62,000 nt of DNA from Octopus vulgaris. Its lineage: Eukaryota. The stretch covers positions 39,948,001 through 40,010,000 of the forward strand of contig OX597834.1 in the NCBI GenBank assembly GCA_951406725.2. The letters are read 5' to 3'. How positions within the stretch are numbered: the stretch's first letter is position 1; every line of letters starts with the position of its first letter. A program made the position numbers and the translations under genes. The notes below the pieces were generated by a model. That model ran no database searches and was not told the DNA's origin. It worked only from the letters and a program-made list of their open reading frames with translations. Positions 50,133 through 62,000 of this stretch are shown here, piece after piece.

Positions 50133-50669
50133 CATCATCATTGTTGTTGTTGTTGTTGTTGTAGGTGTGTGGGAGTCTTCTATATTGCACACCTGTCATT
50201 GCCATGGTAACATGAAAAGAGATATCATTGTTATGATGATAATAATAATAATGATAGTGATGATGATGGGGAATGATGGAAATGATGCGAATGATTGTGA
50301 TGATGACAATAGGGTTGATGGTGGTGATGATGATGACAAATAAGAAAGTGATGACAACAACAACAACGCTGACAGTGACAGCAAAGAATGGTAAACTCAA
50401 GTTACAAAATCTTCAAAAACTTGTTATTTTGTAGTCATAGTAACAATTCCAAACTGTTGTAGTCTTAGAATATTGGAGAATGAAATTGTTTTGTAAATAA
50501 GATTATAATGTTTGAAAGGGAGAACAAAGAAATCCAGAGGAAGGGGAGAGCGCGGAAGAGGAGAGCGTGGAAGGGTGGGGCAGTATAAAAGGGGGGAGGA
50601 GAAATTGGTATTAAAGGCAGACAATTGAGGCATTAAAGTAAGAGATATTGCATTGTGTAGGGGGGGAGA

Positions 50670-51250
50670 ATGGGAAGAAGAAGAAGAAGAGAGGAATTGA
50701 AAGAAGAAGAAGAAAGAGGAGGCGGAGGAGGGGGAGGAATTGAAAGAAGAAGAAGTAAGAGGAGGAGGAGGAATTGGAAGAGAAGGAAGAAGAAGAAGAA
50801 GAAGAAGAAGAAGAAGAAGAAGAAGAAGAAGAAGAAGAAGAAGAAGAAGAAGAAGAAGAAGAGAAGAAGAGAGAAGAAGAAGAAGAAGAAGAAGAAGAAG
50901 AAGAAGGAGGAGAAGAAGAAGGGAAGAAGAAGAAGAAGAAGAAGAAGAAGAAGAAGAAGAAGAGAAAGAAAGAAGAAGAAGGAGGAGAGAAGAAGAAGAA
51001 GAAGAAGAAGAAGGAGAAGAAGAAGGAGAAGAAGAAGGAGAAGAAGAAGAAGAAGAAGAAGAAGAAGAAGAAGAAGGAGAAGAAGAAGAAGAACTGGAAG
51101 AAGAAGAAGAAGAAGAAGAAGAAGAAGAAGAAGAAGAAGAAGAAGAAGAAGAAGAAGAAAGAGGAACAGAAGAAGAAAAACTGAAAGAAGTAGAATTGAA
51201 AGAAGAGAATGAAGAAGAAAAACTGGGAAAAGAAGAATAAGAAGAAGTAA
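50670..51250. repeat. ~580-bp (GAA)n polypurine tract
   Basis: Direct inspection. Confidence 0.97.
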
Positions 51251-51746
51251 TTAGAATCTGACAAATTAGAAAAAAAAAAGTTGAATTTTCCAAAACTGTT
51301 TCCTTCTCCCTTGTATTCTTCAACAATGGAGAGATTAATAAAAATCGTTTCCTCCCGGATGTTATTTGCTGGTGTTTATTGCTGCTGCTGTTGTTGTTGT
51401 TGCTGATGTTGCATATTTATTTATTTATTTAAAGGATTAGCTTTGATGTATTGTCGGGTGGGTCAGTTGGGTGAGGCGTAAGGAGGAGGACCGAGAGAGG
51501 GGGGAAGAAAAAAAAAGGGAATGATGTTAAATTAACGTTGCCTTAGCTTAGACGGAAGTTTTTGGTAAAAGATGGCGAAGATCAAACACGAATTGAAAGG
51601 ATTCTTGGAGGAAAATTAAGACTTTCATTTTGCCAATAAATGCAAAAAGGAAAGAAAAAACTATTAAAGAAGAAATTTAAATTAAAGGTAAGAATAATAT
51701 AATAAATTTCATTGAAAATATACTGAAAAAGTTACTATATACATGC

Positions 51747-51778
<32 letters not shown>

Positions 51779-51922
51779 CCACATACATACATGCATATAT
51801 ATATATATATATAAATATATACACTCACATATATACACACACACAGACTCACACACATACATATATATATATATATACACTCACATACATACATATATAT
51901 ATAAATATATACACTCACAAAC

Positions 51923-51965
<43 letters not shown>

Positions 51966-52128
51966 CACTCGAATACATATACATACAACATATATAGATA
52001 TACACATATACACAAACATGCATATATATATATATATATATATACATACATACATACATAAGCATATACAATAAAGTGTGGTTGTGGTGGTGCTGATAAT
52101 GGTAATGTTATATATATATATGTGTGTG

Positions 52129-52195
<67 letters not shown>

Positions 52196-52552
52196 GCACA
52201 CACAAATATATGCTCTCACACACACATAAATACACATGCATATGTACACCTATGCAGACACACACGTGTGTATTTACATACTCATTGTATATTGTGTATA
52301 CAAATATAAAAACACACACACATATACACACATACATAGACAATCATATATACATATATAATTTTTAAGACTGTTCCGCAAGGTTCCACCCTTAAAAATA
52401 TTCACACACACTGTACACATACATGTGTCTGTCTGTGTGTGTGTGTGTGTATTGAAAGAATTTGTTATAAGAATTAGAAAAATCTGATCTTTAAACTAAA
52501 TTTCATGACAAAAGATTCCAGTAAATAAATAAACCAAAAAAAATTTAAATAA

Positions 52553-52612
<60 letters not shown>

Positions 52613-52864
52613 TAATAATAAAACAAGCGAAATAAAACCAAAATTATAAAATTTTACATGATTTTGTAGTTTTCTGGGTTAGAAAGGGAAAACAGGAACC
52701 CCCCAACTCCTCTCTCTCTCTTCCCCACCCCTGGTCCCCATCCCAGGCCCCCAATAAATATGGCCTGATTCGTTGTTGCTGAATAAACGGAATTGGTAAA
52801 CAGCAACAACAACAATAATTGCGTGGCAGTGGTGGTGGCGATGGTGGTGGTGGTAAAGATGAAG

Positions 52865-53170
52865 ATGAACGATGATGGTGGTGGTGGTGGTGGTGGTGGT
52901 GGTGGTGGTGGCGATGGTGGTGGTAGTGGTGGTGGTGGTAGTGGCAGTGGTGGTGGTGGCGATGGTGGTGGTGGTGGTGGTAGTGGTGGTGGTGGTGGTG
53001 GTGGTGGTGGTGGTGGTGGTGGTGGTGGTGGTGGTGGTAGTGGTGGTGGTGGTGGTGGTGGTGGTAGTGGTGGTGGTGGTAGTGGTGGTGGTGGTGGTGG
53101 TGGTGGTGGTGGTGGTGGTGGCAGTGGTGGTGGTGGTAGTGGCGGTGGTGGTGGTGGTGGTGGTGGTGGT
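52865..53170. repeat. (GGT)n trinucleotide tract
   Basis: Direct inspection. Confidence 0.97.
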
Positions 53171-53475
53171 TGTGATCATTGAAAAAAAAAAATTTATGCT
53201 TTGCACATTAAAATATGGCTTTATCTTTCCAAAGTGAAAATGAAGACAATTACAGAAAAAAAAAAAAGAAAAAGAAAAAAACACACTAAAACGAATTTAT
53301 GTTAGAATATTTGATGGGAAAAGCAAGTCTAATATTTGATTGATACATACAGCAGAAATGGTTTATGTAAGTATGTATGTATATGGGTGTGTGTGTGTGA
53401 ATATTAGTAGTATATACACACACACACAGTATGTATATATATTTATGCATATGAATATATGTATGTATATATGTT

Positions 53476-53512
<37 letters not shown>

Positions 53513-54631
53513 ATGTGTGTATATGTATCTATGTGTGTATGAGTATATATATATATATATATATGTATATGTACGTATATGTGTGTGTATGTGTATATGT
53601 TTTTGTGTGTATCTGTATATATAGATATATATATGTGTGTGTGTGTATGTATATATATATATGTGTTTATGTACATATGTGTGTGTGTATGTGCATATGT
53701 AGCTATGTGTGTGTATATATATATATATGTGTGTGTACATGTATGTGCATGTACATATAAAAATATACATATATAAGCATGTGTTTGTGTGTGTCATATA
53801 AGACGGATGTTAAATGTTGAATGATGGTATATATATATAAAACCATTTAATTGTTTCTCTTACTGCTTCTCTCGCTTCCTCTCCTTCCTCGCCTTCCACA
53901 AAGAGAGATTCATGTCTGCCTGCATTTTAATGCAAGACACTTCAAATATGGCCACAGCAAATACACAATGGCTCACTTGTGAACGCACAATTATGTCTTG
54001 CCTCATCTCATCTCATGTCTCTCTGTGACACTAGGCTGGGATATGGACAGATGGGGGAGGGTGAGCTAAAACAACAACCTTGGGCCCCTTTTTTTGAAGT
54101 CCAAATGTCCAACGCTCATAGGCATGCTTAGAAAATAACAAAAAACAAGGGAGGTGGATCTCTGAAAGGGGTCTCAGGGAATAGTGACCCTGCCTTCCTG
54201 AGCTAGTTTTCCACTACATTTCTTAAAAATTGTGGTAGAGGCCAAGGACTAGGGACCACTCATGTCTAGAAACTAAGGTTGGGGGTAAGCAAGGAGATGC
54301 TCCCTGTAGAAAATCCAGCTCCAAAACAGCCCCATGATAGCAAAGGAGAATGGGCACCAGCCAGCTCAAAGGTCGGGGTGGGCTGCACCTGCCTACCTCA
54401 GTTGCGATGGCATTGAAGCAGATCCGGCCACCCCCCATTAACGGGGACAAAACCTAGATTTAAAACACTGAATCATGATGATGATGGTGATGAAGCACAG
54501 CTCCCATGACTTTCGGAAACATTTTCTCCACGCTCAGAATTGTTGAAGCATGGAATAAACCAGCCGCATCCGTTTCTAGGTGTTGGGACACAAGATGCTC
54601 ATTCCCATGTTTTTCTTTTTATATATATATT

Positions 54632-54960
54632 TCTTCTTTTACGCTTCTATTTGTTTCAGTTATTTGACTCTGGCCATTCTGGGGCACCCCCTTGAAGAAT
54701 TTTAGTCAGACAGATTGACTCCAGTATCTATTTTTAAAACGTGGTACTTATTCTATTGCTCACTTCTGCTGGACTGCTAAGTTGCAGGGACATAAACACA
54801 CCAACACCAGATGTCAAGCAGTGGTGGAGGACAAACACAGACACAAACACACACACATATTTGGTGTGCTTCTTTCAGTTTCCGTCTACCAAATCCATTC
54901 ACAAGGATTTGGTCAGCCTGAGGATATAGTAGAAGATACTTGCCCAAGGTGCCATGCAGT
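54632..54960 (-). mobile_element. SINE family A
   Basis: Colinear with the other minus-strand copies; inverted relative to 55215-55632. Confidence 0.82.
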
Positions 54961-55646
54961 CAGAGTATCGAGCTGACAATCATGAGGTTGTGAGCTCAAT
55001 TCCCAGAGCAGGCTGTGTGTTGTGTTCTTGAGCAAGACACTTTATTTCACGTTGCTCCAGTTCACTCAGCCGTAGAAATGAGTTGCAGCATCACTGGGGC
55101 CAAGCTGTATCGGCCCCTTTGCCTTTCCCTTGGATAACACTGCTGGCGTGGAGAGGGGAGGCTGGTATGCATAGGATCTCAATTCTGTTATGTGTGTGTA
55201 TGGGGGGGAGGTGGAGTATGTTTTTGTGCTCATGCATGTCCCCCCCAACTCATAACTTGACAACCAGTGTTGGTTTATTTATGTCCCAATCAGCCAAGGA
55301 GGCTGACATGATGAGAACAAGACTGAAAATTAAGTATTGGGATCAATTTGTTCAACTAGATCCTGCAAGGTGGTGCCCCAGCATGGCCACAGACCAATGA
55401 GTGCCACAAGGAAATGGATGGTGAACAAGAAGTTGCACAAGAGAGAGAGAGAGAGAGAGAGAAAAGAGAAGCAATTGCTTCTCCATAACTTAGCAGCTCA
55501 GCAAAAGAGACTGACAGAATAATGAAAAGGTTTAAAATTTTACTACTGAGGTTGATTATTTTAACTAAAATTCTTCAAGGCAGTGCCCCAGCATGGCCAA
55601 AGACCAATGACTGAAACAAACAAAAAAGAAAGAAAAAGAAGCAGAA

Positions 55647-55723
<77 letters not shown>

Positions 55724-55804
55724 GTAAAGGAGAAAAAGAAAGAAGAAAGAATAAGAGAGAGAGAGTCTGTGTCATTTGAATGAAAACAATGACTCCCAAT
55801 GAGC

Positions 55805-55840
<36 letters not shown>

Positions 55841-55846
55841 GTGTGT

Positions 55847-55883
<37 letters not shown>

Positions 55884-56438
55884 CGTGTGTATCCATTCAC
55901 AGTGAAACCTGTTGTAAAATGTAACATTATTTAGTATTTATGATTCCATTGAAAGAATTCAGTGAATTACTGACAAAATGGTATTTCAGAACAATTGTTT
56001 TCCATGGCAACAGAAAATATATCTGATCGATTGTGTCAGTCGATAGATTTCGTTTTATGATTAGGCGATGGGGGGGGGGTGACAGGGGGGGGGGGACAAG
56101 TTGTTTTTGTTTTATTTTGGTTTTCTTTAGTTTTTCATTTTTTTTTTGTTTGTTTGAAGAATAAAAACACACAGTTGCGATGACAATGACGATGACGACA
56201 TCCTGGCTGATGGCTTTGGAAAGAGTTAAAGAGCAAAGAGAGAGAGAGAGAGAGACGATTGTGGCCTGATGGTTAAGAAACTTGCCTCCCAGCCATGTGA
56301 GTTTGGGTTCAGTCCCAATGCTTGGCACCTTGGGGCTAGTATCTTCTATTTTAGCCCCAGGCCAACCAGAATTATTTTTGAGTGGACTTAGGAGACAGAA
56401 TCTGAAAGACGGCTTTTATGTGTTTGTGTATGTTTGTA

Positions 56439-56471
<33 letters not shown>

Positions 56472-56605
56472 ACGTGTGTATTTGTGTATGTGTGTGTGCC
56501 TCTGTGTGTGTGTGTGTGTGCCTGTTTGTATTTCTGTGTGTGTGTGTGCCTGTTTGTATTTCTGTGTGTGTGCGTGTGTGTGTGTGCCTGTGTGTGTATG
56601 TATGC

Positions 56606-56638
<33 letters not shown>

Positions 56639-56668
56639 TTGTCTTGACACAGTGTGATTACTGTAAAC

Positions 56669-56982
56669 CAGTGATTCCCAAATTTTTTCAGGCTGCTGCC
56701 CCCTTCACACCCAGACCACATTCCTAGTGCCCACACCCTAGCAAACCATCACAAATACAGACCTCTTTCTGAAGTAAATTCAAATTAATTCTATTTCAGA
56801 AATAAAACTTAACCTAATGAACCCATTATTTTGTCTTTACATGAATCACTACTTCATTATCGCTCCACATTTTTACATGAAAAGCGATCCCATTATTGCG
56901 CCACTTTTCTTCAACACTCCCCTCTCCCTGGTCCTTTACACCACCCCCAGGGGGACAATACTGCCCACGTTGGGAACCACTG
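56669..56982. mobile_element. hAT-superfamily MITE with 8-bp TSD
   Basis: TIRs CAGTGATTCCCAA / TTGGGAACCACTG; flanks ctgtaaac (56661-56668) and ctgtaaat (56983-56990). Confidence 0.82.
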
Positions 56983-57190
56983 CTGTAAATGAACGTCATT
57001 CGTTTTTAATATTCTTCTGAAAAGAGTCAGACCATGGGGAAATATTACCTCGTTTGGGAAGAGGTGAGGGTTAATGACAGGAAGTGAGGGTTAATGACAG
57101 CTGTAGAAGAAATACTTGTCTCAATAAACTTCGTCCAACTCATTCAAGCATGGGAAAGTGGACATCAAAATGATGATGATGATGATGATT

Positions 57191-57480
57191 AAAGCACCCA
57201 CTACACTCACGGAGTGGTTGGCGTTAGGAAGGGCATCCAGCTGTAGAAGCACTGCCAGATCAGACTGGAGCCTGGTGCAGCCTCCACTGGCACCTGTGCC
57301 GGTGGCATGTAAAAAGCACCCACTACACTCATGGAGTGGTTGGCATTAGGAAGGGCATCCAGATGTAGAAACACTGCCAGATCAGACTGGAGCCTGGTGC
57401 AGCCTCCTGACTTCCCAGACCCCGGTCAAACCGTCCAACCCATGCTAGCATGGAAAACGGACGTTAAACGATGATGATGA
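57191..57480 (+). mobile_element. Family C retroposon 3' end with a 122-bp tandem duplication
   Basis: aagcacccactacactca..ggagtggttggc..ttaggaagggcatccag at 57192 and 57314; ends ggacgttaaacgatgatgat. Confidence 0.82.
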
Positions 57481-58594
57481 TCATGATATAAGTGTGTGTG
57501 TGTGTTTGTGCATGTGTGCATGTATGTTTGTGCATGTGGGTGTATGTGAATATATGCATGCATGAGTGTGTATATGTGTGTATATATGCATGTATGTGTA
57601 TGCAGGTGTGTATGTGTGTCTGTATATGCGTGCATAAATATGTATGCGTTTGTGTCTGTGTATATTCATGCATGCACATATGCATTTATGTGTGTGCATA
57701 TGTGTATATATGTATGTGCACATATATGTGTACATGTATGTATGCATATATGTTTATGCTTGTGTGTGTATATTGATCATTTAGAAGTAAAAAAAAACAA
57801 CAACAAAAAACAAAAACAAAGAAACAAAAAAAAAACAGAAACAGAAGCTATTTGAATAGACTTTCTTCCATTATAACAACAGAATTCTTTCTTCTAGAAT
57901 ATCTTCCAGCTATATAACCACGTAACGCAGGATATATTTCTTATAATGAAGCCCGGCTAAAAGGAACCGAGAGAAATAAATTGGCGCTGGCAGAATCCCA
58001 AAGAGCCATTTACAATACGAAAGAGAAGAGGAGGAGGAAGAGGAGGAGGAGGAGGAACCAAAGCGGCGCAAAAAAAGAAACACAAAAAAACATACCAAAA
58101 CAAAATACTACAACTACTACTACAACTACTACTACCGATAATAATAATAATGATAATGATAATAATAATAGAAAGATGGTGGGGTGGTTGGGTGGGTGGA
58201 AACGAAGGCAGGAACATTACAAGCGGACCGTTTTCAGTCTTCAAGCTTTCTATTTGTAATAATAATTAGCTTGAAGATGTTTCCAAAGGTTACGCTGTTA
58301 CATCTGAAGCAGACTTTCCAAAGACAATTAGTATTTGAAGGGGGGGCATGGCTTCAAAATCACTCACTTCCTGAATGGAATATTCCGACCGTAATTGGAA
58401 ACAATTTTGTGCAATTTCCCACATTTTCACAGCTCGATGAAATAATATTGTTGTTGCTGTTGTTGTTGTTTTAGTGGGTTATTTTGTTGGGTTTTTTTTT
58501 TGTTTAATATGTATATATTTTGTTTTATTTTTAATTTTTTTCTTCTCTTTCTCTCTTTTTAATCTGTGTGAAAACTGAGTAGCAGCACCAAAAA

Positions 58595-58930
58595 CAATCG
58601 CCTGCCCCCCCACCACCCCCACCAACGACAACAACATCCCCCCACCACCACCACCATCAACACCAACCAGTATCACAACCACCAATATCATACCACCGAT
58701 ATCACGCCACCACCACCACCATCACCCCAACAAGACTACCATACCCACCGCCACGACCACCAACAACAACATTACCCCCACCACCACCACCACCACCATC
58801 AACACCAACCAATATCATACCACCGATATCACTCCACCACCACCATCACCCCAACAACACTACCATACCCACCACCACCACCAATAGCACCAACATCAAC
58901 ACCACCACCAACAACAACAACAACAACAGA
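58595..58930. repeat. (CCA/CAA)-rich tract with a ~120-135-bp imperfect duplication
   Basis: ccaatatcataccaccgatatcac and catcaccccaacaa..ctaccatacccacc each occur twice. Confidence 0.85.
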
Positions 58931-59439
58931 TGTTGCTGACATTGTTTACAATGAAGACCAGAACAACAACTACAACAACAATACCATATAACAAAAAAAA
59001 AAAACAGGCAAAAAAAACAGACAAAAACCTACTGTGTGATGGAATGGCTTGTAATATGAATAAATAAATAAATAAAGTTACAAAAATACGGCTTTTTCCA
59101 TTTTTTCCATTTTTTATCTCATATTTTTCTCTCTATTTTTCGATCCATTTTATAATTATTATTTTTATATTTCATTATTTCCTTTGATAATTGCCAAAAT
59201 AAAAATAAACGAAAAAAAAAACCTCCATTGGCCCATCTCTTGATTCAACAATAAAATTCTTTTATGATCCGACAATAGGCTTTCTAAATAGCCGTCTAAC
59301 TTGCTCAATATAACAGCTAAATCTCCCTCCATGAATTCTCTAGATAGCATGAACATATTTTGGTACTGGAGGTCTTGATTTAATCAGTTTTCGCTCACCC
59401 AAACATAAATGGAAAAAGCTGTGCCAGACCAAAGTTTAC

Positions 59440-59715
59440 GTTCATCAAATTTGTTGCCCCGTTAAATAAAAAACTAACAGGAAATTGTATTTTTCTGAAA
59501 CCATATACAGAAGGACTTTGCAAATCCAGTACCCAAGATACACTTTTAGATTCATATCTATTATTATTGGAGCAACAGGGTACATACCAACCCGTTTTGA
59601 GTAAAGTATAGCAGAACTTTGAGATCTTGAGGACAGAATGCAAATCCTTAATTCAGACACTAAAAATGATGGTGGTATCTGGGACTGCAAACATCTGTAA
59701 GACCTTAACATTTAA
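59440..59715 (+). mobile_element. Degenerate REL-endonuclease non-LTR retrotransposon C-terminal coding remnant
   Basis: LQIQYPRYTFRFISIIIGATGYIP then, after a frameshift, KSLIQTLKMMVVSGTANICKTL; resembles R4/NeSL-type ...PIIIGALGY.P...LQ..S.SGT.KICKTF endings; contains stops. Confidence 0.55.
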
Positions 59716-60074
59716 AGAATGCTGGCTAAAACTTTGGTACCAAGGAGGTGACCAGTGAAAGTTTACTCTACATTAAAAGAGGAAAGTGAACATAGGTGCA
59801 GGAGTGGCTGTGTGGTAGGTAGTTTGCTTACAAACCACAAGGTTCCAGGTTCAGTCCCACTGCATGGCACCTTGGGCAAATATCGTCTGTTATGGTCTCA
59901 GGTTCCCCAATGCTACCAGAGTGACATTTAGTAAATTCTGTACCAAAGTGTGTTGTGTGTATATGTGTTTCATCATACATGTATACCTATATATGTGATG
60001 TGTGTGTATGTATACATATGAATGTGTATATACGTGTGTATGTATGCAATGCATGTGTGTGTGTATGTATGTTG

Positions 60075-60135
<61 letters not shown>

Positions 60136-60139
60136 TGTA

Positions 60140-60191
<52 letters not shown>

Positions 60192-60327
60192 ATACACAAA
60201 CATAGATGTAAGTATGTATATATCATCATCATTTAATGTCCGCCTTCTATGCTGACATAGGAGGGACATATGAATATACATATAGACACATATGTGCATG
60301 TGTGTATAATATATATACACACGCATA

Positions 60328-60361
<34 letters not shown>

Positions 60362-60503
60362 CCTTTGAACTTTACTAGTACAAGCCAAAAAAGCACACCT
60401 GCTGTAAAGTCAACACTGTGGAAAAATCACCCTGTCATTCTTTTCCTGGAAATTGTGTTTAGTTTTGATAATGTTGGTCTTCTAAAATAATTCCCTACTC
60501 AGG

Positions 60504-60534
<31 letters not shown>

Positions 60535-60809
60535 GTTGATAACCTGACTTTGTACTGAAATCTGTTTATGCTCAACACTATTGGTTAGTTTAAAATGGCA
60601 AGCTGGCAGAATCGTTAGCATGCCAGGCAAAATGCTTAGCGGAGTTTCATTCTTCTTTAAATTCTGAGTTCAAATTCCACCAAGGTCAATTGTGCTTATC
60701 CTCTTTTATAAACTAAATGCACCCTTTTAAAGCCTAGCCAGGCTCATGGGCCTGGCTTCCTGGTTTCAATGGCGTATGTGTTCCCCAGCTCGATGGGACG
60801 CCAGTCTGG

Positions 60810-60985
60810 CCCCTGTGCCGGTGGCATGTAAAAAGCACCCACTACACTCTCGGAGTGGTTGGCGTTAGGAAGGGCATCCAGCCGTAGAAACTCTGCCAGA
60901 TCAGACTGGAGTCTGGTTCGCCAGCCCTCAGTCAAATCGTCCAGCCCATGCCAGCAAGGAAAGCGGACGTTAAATGATGATGATA
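60810..60985 (+). mobile_element. Family C retroposon 3' end
   Basis: aaaagcacccactacactctcggagtgg...ggacgttaaatgatgatgat. Confidence 0.8.
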
Positions 60986-61170
60986 TCACATGTAGTTGAG
61001 TGGTAATAAATTGGTTTCTTAAAAGTATGGTTCTAGGTTCAATCCTACTGCATGGTACTTTGGGCATCTGTCTTTTACTGTGTAGCCTTGTGGGTTTTGG
61101 AGACGGAAACTAGAAGCAGCTAGTCACATGTGTGTGAACATGTGTGCGTGTGTGTGTGTGTGTGTGTGTT

Positions 61171-61211
<41 letters not shown>

Positions 61212-61504
61212 TTGTGTGTGTGTGTGTGTATGTTTGTGGCTCCTTGACATTGTTTGATAACTGTAAATGGTCTGTCACTGTCACACAAACGGTGTGATTC
61301 ATTACCAAAATTCTGCACAAAACATGTCTGGGAAAATATTTCCTTGCTTGGAGCACGGAAAAATGGATGTGATGACGATGACGACAATGATGATGATGAT
61401 GAATCTATGGGGAAAGTAGAAATACAAATAACAAAAGAGAAAAAAAATAGAACAAAAAGTACAAGAGAAGTTCACAGTCAATAAGTACTGGGTTGGAGGT
61501 GAAG

Positions 61505-61800
61505 GAAGGAGAAAAAGTTCTAGAGGGAAAGTAAGAGAGAGAGAGGGAGAGAGACAGACAGACAGATAGACAAACAGACAGAAAGATAGATAGGGTTAAA
61601 GAGAGAGGGATAATGTTAGAGGGAGAAAGAGAGAGAGGGGGGCAGAGAGAGAGAGAAAGAGAGAGAGGGGAGAAAGAAAGAGAGAGAGGGGAGAAAGAGA
61701 GAGAGGGGAGAGAGAGAGAGAGACAGTCCTTTGTCAGATAATAGAGGGAAAAGTCCGGGAGTGATTGGGAAGAGAAGGAAGAGAAAAAAGGAGATAAAAA
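61505..61800. repeat. (GA)n/(GACA)n polypurine tract
   Basis: Direct inspection. Confidence 0.9.
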
Positions 61801-62000
61801 AAGAAGAAAACCAGAAAAAAAATACACACATGGGTTAGGCTCATATGTTTCACTTCTCATTCACTCATTCTGTATGTGTGTGTATACATACATATGTGTG
61901 TGTATATATATATGTGTGTGTGTGTGTATGTGTGTATGTGTACGTGTGTGCATGTATATATATGTATGTATGTTTGTATGTATGTATGTATCTGTGTGTG

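Noticed and set aside
53864-53935. Minus-strand segment MQADMNLSLWKARKERKREK ending at a CA|GTAAGA donor, as the upstream RasGAP exon
   Set aside because: The ATG frame ends in phase 2 whereas exon 49174 needs phase 1; the phase-1 frame has a stop and no ATG. A non-coding first exon cannot be excluded.
57910-58098. Poly-Ser minus ORF with a phase-1 T|GTAAAT donor as an upstream exon
   Set aside because: No ATG or acceptor in that frame; the ATG frame ends in phase 2; composition comes from a (GAG)n repeat
58238-58277. 10-bp perfect inverted repeat (tcttcaagct/agcttgaaga) as a miRNA or terminator
   Set aside because: Stem too short, 20-nt AT-rich loop, no extension; plausible by chance

Overview
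AT-rich, microsatellite- and SINE-dense eukaryotic DNA, most likely from an octopus (coleoid cephalopod). That assignment is inferred from repeat content recalled from memory, with no database search. Almost the whole window is one ~48.2 kb intron (840-49070) of a minus-strand SynGAP/DAB2IP/RASAL2-family Ras-GAP gene. Two 104-nt coding exons are visible: 49071-49174 (D-SSNEKFSNDRRGSMPLVPSVDGGNMEMGTTSKLA) and 736-839 (HFFTKKGLRTNLKRTKSVTKLDRKRSASNVCERE). Both have canonical AG/GTAAGT boundaries and join in frame. The rest is repeats: several tRNA-headed SINE families, (GAT)n-tailed retroposon ends, CR1, RTE and R4/Dong-like LINE remnants, Tc1/mariner remnants, piggyBac-, hAT- and mariner-type MITEs, a non-autonomous Helitron, a U6 snRNA pseudogene, long microsatellites and several minisatellites. 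Nearly all ORFs in the supplied track are repeat artefacts. The most unusual items are a 218-bp spacer-less palindrome (32973-33190) next to a local inverted duplication, a three-tier (21/162/324 bp) higher-order repeat (24672-25968), a U6 pseudogene abutting a SINE, one-sided strand bias of GA/GAA tracts, and candidate internal alternative exons/promoters. I found no evidence for a wholly new gene system. The best system-level hypothesis is a neuronal RasGAP pre-mRNA rich in dsRNA-forming structures (potential ADAR substrates) with possible internal promoters.
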